Both the position numbers and the translations under genes were made by a program. Positions 35,049-44,464 of a stretch of DNA of 64,000 nt are shown piece after piece (within the stretch, counting starts at the first letter, position 1; each line of letters begins with the position of its first letter). Source of the stretch: an uncultured Planctomycetota bacterium (lineage in GTDB: Bacteria; Planctomycetota; Planctomycetia; Isosphaerales; Isosphaeraceae); NCBI GenBank assembly GCA_963845755.1, contig CAWJTV010000029.1:128001-192000 (forward strand). The letters run 5' to 3'. The notes beneath the pieces are model-generated. The model saw nothing but the letters and a program-made list of their open reading frames with translations, did no database searches and had not been told where the DNA came from.

Positions 35049-35335
35049 GGAATAGCCCTGGCAACTGCTCGACTTCGTCTCGATGGTCCCGGCTCGACCG
35101 AACATCCCGGTCGATGTCGCCGATGCGCCTGCCCTGGCGTCGGAGCCGGCTCGCGAGCCCTGCTGCGCGGGCCGGTCGCCCGATCGTGGGCAAGGATGTC
35201 CCTCATGGAAACGCCCGAGATTTCTCCCGACGCGGACGCGAATGAGGCCTGCGCACCGATTCGCCCGCGGACGCGGGAAGCCGGCCCCCCGTCATGTCGC
35301 CGCGGGGGCAGCTCCCTGCTCCGCGCCGTTCGAAC

Positions 35336-37429
35336 TCAAAGCGGACAGTAAGTCGTATAGAAGCTGGAGTAATCATTATCGAAAACGAAGTTGGTGAACG
35401 AGATCGTCACGGTGATGTCCAACCCCTGGACGTAGTGCATGCAGCCGATCGGCAGGAACAAGATTTCGCCCGGATTGAGGATGAACTCCAGGATCTGCGG
35501 CTGCTCGAGGGTGGGCCGGGCAGTCGGCGTCGCGACACGGCCATCGATCTGCGAGAAACAGTGGAGATAGTTGCGCATCAGCGGCATGTCCCACGACGGC
35601 ACGATCCTGAGCAGCTTTCGGCCGATGACCTGCGCCATGAAATTGTTGGTGAGGTCATGATGGAACGGCGTGACCGTGCCGGCCGGTCCCATCCAGAAAA
35701 AGCCCCCGGGTGGATTGTTCGTCAGATACTCCGGGATCTGCACGATGTCATCCCACAATTCGGATAGCGTGCTGCGGTTCGAGGTGCTGTTGTTGGCGGT
35801 GAGGTAAAAATCGTTGGTGTCGGCGGACGTGCGCACCTTCTCGATGAACTCGCTGAACTTGATCCGGCTGACATACTTCTGCCTCTCAACTTCATAATTC
35901 GGGCTCGCGTTGCGGCCCATCTGCACCTCGACGATCCGATCGCCGAACTTCTGCGAGAAGTAGTCGAGGCTCCACTTCCGGATGGCGACCCAATCGTCCA
36001 TCATACCGGTGATGATCACGGGCCGATTCGCGCTGTAGTACTCGCAAAGGAATTCGTCACGCGACAGGCGATGACGCCGTTCGACCGTGGCCGACTGGGG
36101 ATGGAGTCGGTTGCTCTTCCGATAGGCCGTGAACAGCCAGTCGCGCTTCTTGATTCGATTACGCAGGATCTCTGCACCCCTGAGATAGGGACTCTGCTGG
36201 GCCAGGCGGATCTCGTAGGCCGCTTCGTCGGCGGCGAACCCGATGGATTTCATGGTCTCGAGCATGCTCTCGATCGGCTGGCCGATCAACAGATTCTCGG
36301 AAATCCACCGGCGCCATTCATCGTTGACCTGGTAGCCAGCCGCCGGATTCGGCTTCGCCGCGGCAGCCTGAGGCGAATCATCACTGACCACGACCGGCCG
36401 CGAGACCTCGGGATGAGGTCGCAACGAACCATCCTGGCGCGGTTCGAGGGTGATCATCGTGGGGGTGCTCTGGGGGCGACGCGGTTCCATGGGAGTCCCT
36501 CGTGATAGATTCGTGTGCGAGGAGGTTGGCTCGAGAGGTTCGATGGGTTGACCGCCCTCGCCCGACGGACGAGGGCTTCCCGATCCGACATCCATGCCGT
36601 TCCGACCGTTGAGGTTGGAGGTCTCGGGATTCGTGGACGGATACTGCACTTTTGGTGGCTTGATCTTGACCATGTGGTAGGTCATGGCCTCGCGCCCACT
36701 CGCGTCGTGGCCCTGGAAGTAGTCGCGCTGCCACTCATCGGGCTTGACCTCGCCCTTGATCTTCTGGTCGTGGAACTGCTTCCGACTCCGGTCCCACTCC
36801 TGGTAGGCACGCTCCAATTCGGGATCGTCCGCGAGCTTCTGGTACGACACCAACGCCCCCTCCAGGTCGGCGCAAATGTTGTTCATCAGCGGGATGGCCT
36901 GGAACAACGGCTCACCCTGCTCGAACCGAACGGGGCGATCGGGGGTCATGACCTTGTAGTTCATCGTGAACGACATGCTGATCCAGTCGCTCTCGATCAG
37001 GGCCATCAGAGGATGAGCATTCTCCTTGAAGGAGTTGCTCGGGCCGCAAACCAGAAGGCGCGACCCCTCCGGTTTGGTCCGGAACAGGAACGGCGTGGTC
37101 CAGGTGATGATCCCCTCACCGAAATGATTGGTGATCGAATGTGCCCAGACTTCCGGTGAGACGTCGAACGCGAAATCGAAGCTACCGGGATGAGAACCAC
37201 CACGCCAGGTCGCGGTGAAGCCGACCGGATTCTTGATCCACCAGCCCGTCTGGTTCATGATGGTCAGTGGTAGACACCGATACGCGTGTCGCCGCGGCGT
37301 GTTGTCCATCCACTCGCGCTGCCAGTCCGCCCAGGACCACTCCCAGCCCGTCCCATCCGTGCGGTTCTGCTTCATCACCACATCTTCCGTGAGCTGATAG
37401 ATGTGAAGTTCGAGTCGTGGATGATCCAT
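35336..37429 (-). CDS. DUF6065 and JmjC (cupin_8) 2OG-Fe(II) hydroxylase fusion
   Basis: N-terminal half is paralogous to 29961-30770; C-terminal half has NRPVIITG, FWMGPAGTVTPFHHD, GRK and PGEILFLPIGCMHYV (HxD...H triad). Confidence 0.88.
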   Translation of the reverse strand: MDHPRLELHIYQLTEDVVMKQNRTDGTGWEWSWADWQREWMDNTPRRHAYRCLPLTIMNQTGWWIKNPVGFTATWRGGSHPGSFDFAFDVSPEVWAHSITNHFGEGIITWTTPFLFRTKPEGSRLLVCGPSNSFKENAHPLMALIESDWISMSFTMNYKVMTPDRPVRFEQGEPLFQAIPLMNNICADLEGALVSYQKLADDPELERAYQEWDRSRKQFHDQKIKGEVKPDEWQRDYFQGHDASGREAMTYHMVKIKPPKVQYPSTNPETSNLNGRNGMDVGSGSPRPSGEGGQPIEPLEPTSSHTNLSRGTPMEPRRPQSTPTMITLEPRQDGSLRPHPEVSRPVVVSDDSPQAAAAKPNPAAGYQVNDEWRRWISENLLIGQPIESMLETMKSIGFAADEAAYEIRLAQQSPYLRGAEILRNRIKKRDWLFTAYRKSNRLHPQSATVERRHRLSRDEFLCEYYSANRPVIITGMMDDWVAIRKWSLDYFSQKFGDRIVEVQMGRNASPNYEVERQKYVSRIKFSEFIEKVRTSADTNDFYLTANNSTSNRSTLSELWDDIVQIPEYLTNNPPGGFFWMGPAGTVTPFHHDLTNNFMAQVIGRKLLRIVPSWDMPLMRNYLHCFSQIDGRVATPTARPTLEQPQILEFILNPGEILFLPIGCMHYVQGLDITVTISFTNFVFDNDYSSFYTTYCPL

Positions 37430-37861
37430 GAATCAACCCTCATTCTCGTTTTTCCATGGAAACTCCCCAACGATGCGGGCTCGTTTGGGTCTGTCTGAGA
37501 ATCGCGAGCGATCCATTCTACCCTAGCCGTGGAGGTCCTGAAGAGCAATCGAGTGAGCGAACCGACTCGTGTGGTCATGACCTATCGACTACATCGAATA
37601 GATGGATCGAAGACGACATCCAGCCCGACGATCGGCATCGAAAAGTGTTTCAGTGGGATGACCCGTAAACGAACTACGAAGGCCAGGCTTCCCGGAGCAA
37701 ACCCGGCACCCATTCCTCCGGAGCGCCTGACCGCATGCTTATTGCCGTGTAAAAGCTATCTGACGTGAAAAATCATCGCTGTGAGCACCACGTAGAGAAA
37801 TTCCCTAGCTGGCACTTCGGGCTCGTACGAGCAACCCAAACGTTAGCGACGCTAGGCGGCC

Positions 37862-38017
37862 AGTAGAGTCGTCCTCCGTAGGATCCCTGCGCCGTGCGCG
37901 CCTCTGGGGATTCCGAATTCCGGATTCGGGATTCCGGATTCCCGGATCATTCCCCTTCGGGAATCCGGAATCGCGAATCGGGAATCCCGATCGGGTTGCG
38001 GCCGCAGGCCGCGTTAG
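37862..38017 (-). repeat. ~150-bp dispersed element, copy 2 (reverse orientation)
   Basis: Reverse complement matches 13961-14107. Confidence 0.85.
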
Positions 38018-38136
38018 GGAATTCCTGATGCGTACCCGGCTCGTTCCCGGATAGATCCGGCGGGAAAACCCAGTACCTAGGTAGGGTTTTCCCGCCGCTC
38101 GCCTGAACGCGGCCAAGGGCCGAGTCGGGCAATCCA

Positions 38137-39732
38137 TCATGGCGTCGGCGTCGGGGGCGGCGTCGGCGTCGGAGGCGTCGGCGTCGGGGGCGGCGTCGGC
38201 GTCGGAGGCGTCGGCGTGGGCGGTGGCGTCGGCGTCGGAGGCGTCGGCGTCGGGGGTGGCGTCGGCGTCGGAGGCGTCGGCGTCGGGGGCGGCGTCGGCG
38301 TCGGAGGCGTCGGCGTGGGCGGTGGCGTCGGCGTCGGAGGCGTCGGCGTCGGGCGGTCGGCGTCGGCGTCGGGGTGGCGTCGGCGTCGGGGGCGTGGCGT
38401 CGGCGTCGGGGGCGTCGGCGTGGGCGGTGGCGTCGGCGTCGGGGGCGTCGGCGTGGGCGGTGGCGTCGGCGTCGGGGGCGGTGTGGGCGGAGGCGTCGGC
38501 GTCGGGGGCGTCGGCGTGGGGGGTGGCGTCGGCGTCGGGGGCGTCGGTGTGGGCGGAGGCGTCGGCGTCGGAGGCGTCGGCGTCGGCGGTGGCGTCGGCG
38601 TCGGAGGCGTCGGCGTGGGTGGTGGCGTCGGCGTCGGAGGCGTCGGCGTCGGGGGCGGCGTCGGCGTCGGAGGCGTCGGCGTCGGGGGCGGCGTCGGCGT
38701 CGGAGGCGTCGGCGTCGGGGGCGGCGTCGGCGTCGGAGGCGTCGGTGTGGGTGGTGGCGTCGGCGTCGGAGGCGTCGGCGTCGGGGGTGGCGTCGGCGTC
38801 GGAGGCGTCGGCGTGGGTGGTGGCGTCGGCGTCGGAGGCGTCGGCGTGGGTGGTGGCGTCGGCGTCGGAGGCGTCGGCGTGGGTGGTGGCGTCGGCGTCG
38901 GAGGCGTCGGCGTCGGGGGTGGCGTCGGCGTCGGAGGCGTCGGCGTGGGTGGCGGCGTCGGCGTCGGAGGCGTCGGCGTGGGTGGCGGCGTCGGCGTCGG
39001 AGGCGTCGGCGTCGGGGGCGGTGTTGGCGTCGGTGGTGTCGGTGTGGGCGGAGGCGTCGGCGTCGGGGGTGTCGGCGTCGGGGGTGGCGTCGGCGTCGGA
39101 GGCGTCGGTGTGGGTGTCGGCGTCGGAGGCGTCGGTGTGGGAGGGGGAGTTGGGATTGGGCCGATGACGATTCCAGCCGCCTGGGCGACGTTGATGAAGC
39201 TCTGGGCCACCTGCTCACGACTCACACCCGAACCCAACTTGCGGAGCCAGAGGTTGAACTCCGTCGTAGTGGGTGTCTGATGCAGAACGTTCGTGTAGAG
39301 AGAAGTCACATAAGAAGGGGCCGAGCCGAACAGATCCACGCCCGCTTTCAGGAGGATTTGCTGTCGCTCGGACGAATTGAGCAGAACGGCGCGCAGGCCT
39401 TTCTTGCTGATTTCCCCGCTACGGAGTGCCGGTACCCACTGAGACACCTCGCCGTTAGTCGGCGCGCGCAGAAGGATGGCCTCGTACTGGGCGATCACGA
39501 ACAGTCCGGCGGGCGAGGTATCAATACCGCTGTCCAGGCCAGTTTGACCACCGGTTGCCGCCGGTTGGGCAAGAGTCGCCGACTCCTCTTTGCCCCGACC
39601 AGCCGTCGATAGGAGCTGGCGTTTCTCAAGAGCCGCGGCCAATGCGGCAAGCTCAGGGGAGTAGCGTCGCTTCGGGCGAAAGTACTTCGAGGGTCCCATC
39701 TCTCGCATGAGCTTCTTCAGCTTCCGGAACAT
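38137..39732 (-). CDS. Exported DUF4214-domain protein with a long C-terminal Pro/Thr repeat
   Basis: KRR...LEKRQLLS leader; two DUF4214-like units (YEAILLRAP...W...L, YVTSLYTNVLHQTP...W...SREQVAQSF); (TPTPPPTPTPP)n to the stop. Confidence 0.85.
   Translation of the reverse strand: MFRKLKKLMREMGPSKYFRPKRRYSPELAALAAALEKRQLLSTAGRGKEESATLAQPAATGGQTGLDSGIDTSPAGLFVIAQYEAILLRAPTNGEVSQWVPALRSGEISKKGLRAVLLNSSERQQILLKAGVDLFGSAPSYVTSLYTNVLHQTPTTTEFNLWLRKLGSGVSREQVAQSFINVAQAAGIVIGPIPTPPPTPTPPTPTPTPTPPTPTPPPTPTPPTPTPPPTPTPPTPTPPPTPTPPTPTPPPTPTPPTPTPPPTPTPPTPTPPPTPTPPTPTPPPTPTPPTPTPPPTPTPPTPTPPPTPTPPTPTPPPTPTPPTPTPPPTPTPPTPTPPPTPTPPTPTPPPTPTPPTPTPPPTPTPPTPTPPPTPTPPTPTPPPTPTPPTPTPPPTPTPPTPTPPPTPTPPTPTPPPTPPPTPTPPPTPTPPTPTPPPTPTPPTPTPRPRRRRHPDADADRPTPTPPTPTPPPTPTPPTPTPPPTPTPPTPTPPPTPTPPTPTPPPTPTPPTPTPPPTPTPPTPTPPPTPTP
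38140..39155 (-). repeat. Coding tandem repeat, 33-nt period (TPTPPPTPTPP)
   Basis: Seen directly; variation falls mostly at third codon positions of the Pro/Thr frame. Confidence 0.95.
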
Positions 39733-40107
39733 TCGGGCGCCTCCTCAGGGTGTAGGTTGCGAAAAACGGAAACCAGTCCTCTGAAAGGAAGACTGGGCGG
39801 TGGACCTGGGTTCGACTCACAATCTCCGAGATCTCGCGTCGATGCGCACGCAAGCATTGTGCCAAGTTTCGAGAAAATGAGGGGGATAGGATGAGTTTGA
39901 TTGCAATCCCACAGTCGGGATCCCTTGCCTCCGTATGAAGGAAGCGTTAACAGAGGTCCAACTCTTCTCAGTCGAAACGAATGGTCTTATTTACGCAATC
40001 TACGCCACCTTCCATAGACTGTCACCAATCTTTTGGCTCGAGCCCATCGAAACAACAAAGATTTACAATGCGTCGCGACAACTTCCGGCAGCAAAACTTG
40101 ATGAATC

Positions 40108-40129
40108 TATAATATATTCATATATTATA
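40108..40129. promoter_or_regulatory. AT-only inverted repeat TATAATATA-TTCA-TATATTATA in a divergent promoter region
   Basis: Perfect 9-bp arms in an AT-rich patch between the Pro/Thr gene and hom. Confidence 0.4.
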
Positions 40130-40523
40130 TCATTGAGATTCGAAAATGGTCCGGGCTGGCCCGTAAGTTGTTTCGTCTCGTGGACTTTCGGAGTATCGCG
40201 CGGCCAGATTATTCGAGCGTAGGGGCGGTGGAGGTGCGAGGCGCGTGCCGAGACATCAAGGCGGCGTCCTGGGTAAGTTGCATGAATGCTCGTCGGCGAC
40301 ATTTTTGCGGCCGGACCCTCGACCAGGTCGCAGGCCAACCGAACCCCTTCGCGTCGTCGGTCTCCGAACCGACGACGGCGATCCCGGCGACGAGAACGCC
40401 ATCGGTGACACGAAGGATCGAGTTCCCGTTGCATATCACGCGCCAAAGTCCGTACTCTCGATGATTCCAAGCGGGATAGCGTCGAAGGGCCGACATGGAT
40501 CGAAGCAGGAACCGGGAATTGCG

Positions 40524-41828
40524 ATGGCACACGTGACGATTGGTTTGATCGGGCTCGGCACGGTCGGTACCGGAGTCGCGAGGCTGTTGACCGAGTATCC
40601 CGAACGATTGGCTCGGCGCTGCGGCCGTGCCATTCGTTGGAAATGGGTGGCCGTCCGCGACCCGAGCAAGCCGCGGGGTATTTGCCTCGACGGCGTGAGC
40701 GTGACGACCGACGTGGAGCGGATCCTGGATGATCCCGAGGTGGATGTCGTGATCGAGACCATGGGTGGGACGGATCCGGCCCTCCGTTATGTGACGACGG
40801 CGCTGGCGGCAGGAAAGGATGTCGTCACGGCCAACAAGGCCCTCCTGGCCGAACATGGGGCGCGGGTCTTCGCCCAGGCGCGCGCCTCGGGTCGGGCCCT
40901 GGCGTTCGAGGGCAGCGTGGGCGGCGGCATCCCCATCGTCCAGGCGCTGGGCGTTGCCCTGGCGGCCAACCAGGTGCAGAGCCTGGCCGCGATCGTCAAT
41001 GGCACATGCAACTTCATCCTGACCCGGATGACCCGCGAATGCCTGCCCTATGAAGACGCCCTGAGGCAGGCCCAGCAGCTCGGCTACGCCGAGGCCGATC
41101 CGACGCTCGACGTCGACGGCACCGACACGGCGCACAAGCTCACCATCCTGGCGCAGCTCGCCTTCGAAGCCGACGTCCGGCTCGATGCCATCCCGCGCCA
41201 GGGGATCGACCGGCTCCTGCCGGCCGATCTGAAGTATTCCGGAGAGCTGGGATATCGGATCAAGCTGCTGGCCCTGGCGAAGCTGTCGGCCGCCGGACTG
41301 GAGTTGCGAGTGGCCCCGACCCTGGTCCGGCAGGGGACGCCGCTGGCGGAGATCAGCGGGCCGTACAATGCCATCCGCGTGGTTGGCGACGTCGTGGGCG
41401 ATACGCTGTTCTACGGCCGCGGTGCCGGCGCGTTACCGACGGCCTCCGCCATCGTGGGCGACTTGATCGCCGTCGTGAGCGACCGGGCGGGCCTCCCCTC
41501 ACATCTGCGTAACCTGTGGTCGGAATCGGCACCGAGGATGGTCATGACTCCGACGAGCCAGGTCAGGAGCCGGTACTACCTCCGCTTCACCATCGCCGAC
41601 CGCCCCGGCGTACTGGCGCGGCTGGCCCAGATCCTCGGTGAGCGCGGGATCAGCATCGCCAGCGTCATCCAGCACGACCCCGGCGACGACGCCCCCGAGC
41701 AGAGCCCGGTCCCGCTGGTCATCATGACCCACCTGGCCATCCAGGCGGATCTCCATGCGGCCCTTGCCGTGATCGACCGACTGGACGTGGTCCACGCGCC
41801 GAGCGTATGCCTCGGCGTCGAAGATTGA
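40524..41828 (+). CDS. hom: Homoserine dehydrogenase with ACT domain
   Basis: GLGTVG, VVTANK, FEGSVGGGIP, NGTCNFIL, GYAEADP, GRGAG and DRPGVL motifs. Confidence 0.95.
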   Translation: MAHVTIGLIGLGTVGTGVARLLTEYPERLARRCGRAIRWKWVAVRDPSKPRGICLDGVSVTTDVERILDDPEVDVVIETMGGTDPALRYVTTALAAGKDVVTANKALLAEHGARVFAQARASGRALAFEGSVGGGIPIVQALGVALAANQVQSLAAIVNGTCNFILTRMTRECLPYEDALRQAQQLGYAEADPTLDVDGTDTAHKLTILAQLAFEADVRLDAIPRQGIDRLLPADLKYSGELGYRIKLLALAKLSAAGLELRVAPTLVRQGTPLAEISGPYNAIRVVGDVVGDTLFYGRGAGALPTASAIVGDLIAVVSDRAGLPSHLRNLWSESAPRMVMTPTSQVRSRYYLRFTIADRPGVLARLAQILGERGISIASVIQHDPGDDAPEQSPVPLVIMTHLAIQADLHAALAVIDRLDVVHAPSVCLGVED

Positions 41829-41958
41829 GCTTGCCGGCTTTCGACGCGACACGTACTATGCCACCCACTCGGGATCCGGTTGCCGGATGGATCCGGCGCC
41901 ATTCCATTCCACGGCTCGGCCGTGGGGACAGCGAACCGTCGACAGGGAGGTCGCGGTG

Positions 41959-42447
41959 ATGCCAGGTGCTACAAATCCGTCGCGAAGGCGGTCGCGTTCG
42001 CGCTTGATGGGACTCCTCATGCTCGGCCCATGCTTTTCAGGCTGCGCCGCGATGACCCAGGATGTGGACCTCTACTACCGTCAGATGGCGATCAACTACC
42101 ATGAAGCGGCGGAGAAAGCGAAGACCGATGAGGTGTCGCTGGAAAACCAGTTGCGAATCCTCGGTATGAGCGGCGACCAATCGAACTACTTCAAGGGCCA
42201 GCGCAAGCTGGACCGACTCAAATCCTGGGAAGAGAAGTGCGCCAAGGAAGAGAAGCGCTTCGCGAAGGCCGCGAATTGGATGGAGTCGCACTTCGACATC
42301 AAGAAACCGAAGCTCGACGGCAAGGCGGACGTCGGCAGTGCCACGCCTGACCGACCGACCGAGAGCATCCCGAAACCGACGGACATCGATTCGACCGATT
42401 CCGAGGATACGAGGGGCCATAACATCAAGGAAACGCTCGTCGAGTGA
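41959..42447 (+). CDS. Putative lipoprotein
   Basis: Basic N-terminus, hydrophobic core, FSGC lipobox, coiled-coil-like body. Confidence 0.6.
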   Translation: MPGATNPSRRRSRSRLMGLLMLGPCFSGCAAMTQDVDLYYRQMAINYHEAAEKAKTDEVSLENQLRILGMSGDQSNYFKGQRKLDRLKSWEEKCAKEEKRFAKAANWMESHFDIKKPKLDGKADVGSATPDRPTESIPKPTDIDSTDSEDTRGHNIKETLVE

Positions 42448-42829
42448 CGTCCTCGCGCCGCCGGAGTCTTGGGGCCCATACCGCTGGATTCGAGCGCCTC
42501 ACGCTTGCGTTGCGCATTCCAGTCCGAATCGCCAGCGAGTCGATGGAGGATTCCCACCGGAATTCACTCGCTGGTGCTTCGGGCTCGTATCCCATCGATC
42601 ATCTGCTCGTGTGTGCAAGCCAACCATTGAGCGCTCTAAGATTCCGTGGTCGGGCTGTCGTGGTGGCGATCTCATCTGTCGAACTTCCGAGTTCATTGAG
42701 CGACGGCGGATGGCTGGTAGACGCTCCTGCCCCCCTTCTGTGCTCACAATGGCTCATTTCCCGTCCGTCCGTTTCCCGTCCCGTCCGTTTCCCGTCCTGG
42801 GTGATCTCGCTCGGGTCGCCGATCTCCAT

Positions 42830-43281
42830 TCAGGCCATCGTCTTCCCGGCAAGCCAGTCTTCGAGGGGCACGACCTCAACCACGGCGTCCGGGTTGATGG
42901 GGCCGTACACGTGGGGGAACAACTTCCACGTCTCGTGGGGATTCTCCCACTTCAAGGGCGACCTCAGCTTCTCGGGGTCGATCCGCAGGACGACCAGCTC
43001 AAGTCTGTCCCAGAAGGGCGAGCGCGGGGCGTCAGCCCCCTGTCCGGTGAGCGACGGACCTCCAAGTCAGGGGGCTGACGCCCCCCGCTCGCCCGGACCG
43101 GCCCCTGCTGGGACAGACGCTCAGTCCTGTCCTTGTAGAACTTCCCGTAGACGTAGGGCAACTGCTCCGGGGTCATGCAGTGGATGAACCCCTCGGTCGC
43201 CAGGTCGTCGCTGCGGTACTCCCCGTCGGCGACGGCCTGCTCCCATCGGACTCGGGGCGTGATGTGTAGGATCTCGGGCAT
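42830..43281 (-). pseudogene. DUF952 family gene interrupted by a 122-bp insertion
   Basis: ILHI...EGFIHC.TPEQ before the insert; LVVLRIDP...FPHVYGPIN after it; removing the insert and one TSD copy restores ...DRTELVVLRID... Confidence 0.9.
43002..43119. mobile_element. MITE-like element: GTCTGTCCCAG terminal inverted repeats, (G)CTCA target duplication, internal REP hairpin
   Basis: gctca|agtctgtcccag...ctgggacagac|gctca at 42997-43123. Confidence 0.85.
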
Positions 43282-43411
43282 CGGACTTATTCCTTGTCTT
43301 TGGTGATCGGGACGACCCTGGCGTCCACGACCCGTATGGAGTCGTCGGGGGGATGAGGATCTGGTGGCGGAGGGCACGTCGCCCTGACCTGTAGCCGGTC
43401 CGACCTGTCGA

Positions 43412-44455
43412 TCATGAGGCCAGGAACGTCCGCAAATCGCCCGCCAGGGAGTCCGCCTTCTGGTAGCGCGCGTTCGGGCTCCGAGCCAGGCAACCCAGGC
43501 AGAGTCGCTCCAGGGCTTCCGGGATGTCGGCCTCGATCGAACGTGGTGGCGGGACCTGCCCCGCGAGGATCTGCTCTCGAAGGTCGAACGGCGATGCCGC
43601 CCGGAACGGCCGACGTCCGGTCAGCAACTCGAAGAAGACGACCCCCAGAGCGTAGATGTCGGCCCGGTAGTCCGCTCGCCCGAGCGCGCTGTCCAGTTGT
43701 TCCGGCGCCATGTACGGGAGCGTCCCTGCGGCACCCACATCCTTCAACAGCTCCTCCTCGACCACGGCGATCCCGAAGTCGGTCAGGTACGCACGGCCTG
43801 AGCCGTCTAGCAGGATGTTGGCGGGCTTGATGTCTCGGTGGACATATCCGTGAGCGTGGGCATGCCCCAAGGCGTCGGCCACTTCGGCGATGACCCGTAC
43901 CGCCTGCCGTTGAGGCAGTCGTTCGTCTTTAATCCGGTTCGCCAGATTCTCCCCCTCGATCCACTCGGACACGATGAAGCAGCTTCCGCCGTCCTTGCCC
44001 ACGTCATGGACGGGCACGATGTTCGGGTGACGGAGCCGGGCGACCTTCTTCGCCTCGATCCGGCACTGATCCACCTCCTCGGCGCCCACCGGCCGGTCCA
44101 CCTTCGGGACCTTCACCGCCACGGGGCGGTCCAGCCATGTGTCGAAACCCTTGTAGACGCGCCCGAAGCCGCCGACGCCCATCAGGGTGTCGAGGCGGTA
44201 TCGATCCGCCAGGGTGCGGGGCAGGTCGGTTTCTGGAAGGATCGTGTCGGCCGGGTTGGTCTCTGAGGGATTGGTCGCTTCGAGGGGATGGTTGAGCCAA
44301 TCGACCCGGCCCAGCTTCTCGATCTGCCGACGGAACTCGTTCAGTCGATCCGGGCAATCCCGGCATAACTCCTCCGGCGCAGGGGACTGGCCCTGGGCTC
44401 TGGCCTCCTCCCAGCGAACGATCAGTTCGAGGATCTCTTCACGGCTTCGCGTCAT
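43412..44455 (-). CDS. Soluble Hanks-type Ser/Thr protein kinase
   Basis: GVGGFG, VAVK, HRDIKPAN, DFG and GTLPYMAPE motifs; no TM segment. Confidence 0.95.
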   Translation of the reverse strand: MTRSREEILELIVRWEEARAQGQSPAPEELCRDCPDRLNEFRRQIEKLGRVDWLNHPLEATNPSETNPADTILPETDLPRTLADRYRLDTLMGVGGFGRVYKGFDTWLDRPVAVKVPKVDRPVGAEEVDQCRIEAKKVARLRHPNIVPVHDVGKDGGSCFIVSEWIEGENLANRIKDERLPQRQAVRVIAEVADALGHAHAHGYVHRDIKPANILLDGSGRAYLTDFGIAVVEEELLKDVGAAGTLPYMAPEQLDSALGRADYRADIYALGVVFFELLTGRRPFRAASPFDLREQILAGQVPPPRSIEADIPEALERLCLGCLARSPNARYQKADSLAGDLRTFLAS

Positions 44456-44464
44456 CGATCTCTC

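Noticed and set aside
37947..39612. Arg-rich, Gly/Val and Ala/Ser ORFs in the other frames
   Set aside because: Shadows of the 33-nt repeat. Only the Pro/Thr frame is joined to a leader and folded domain and shows third-position variation.
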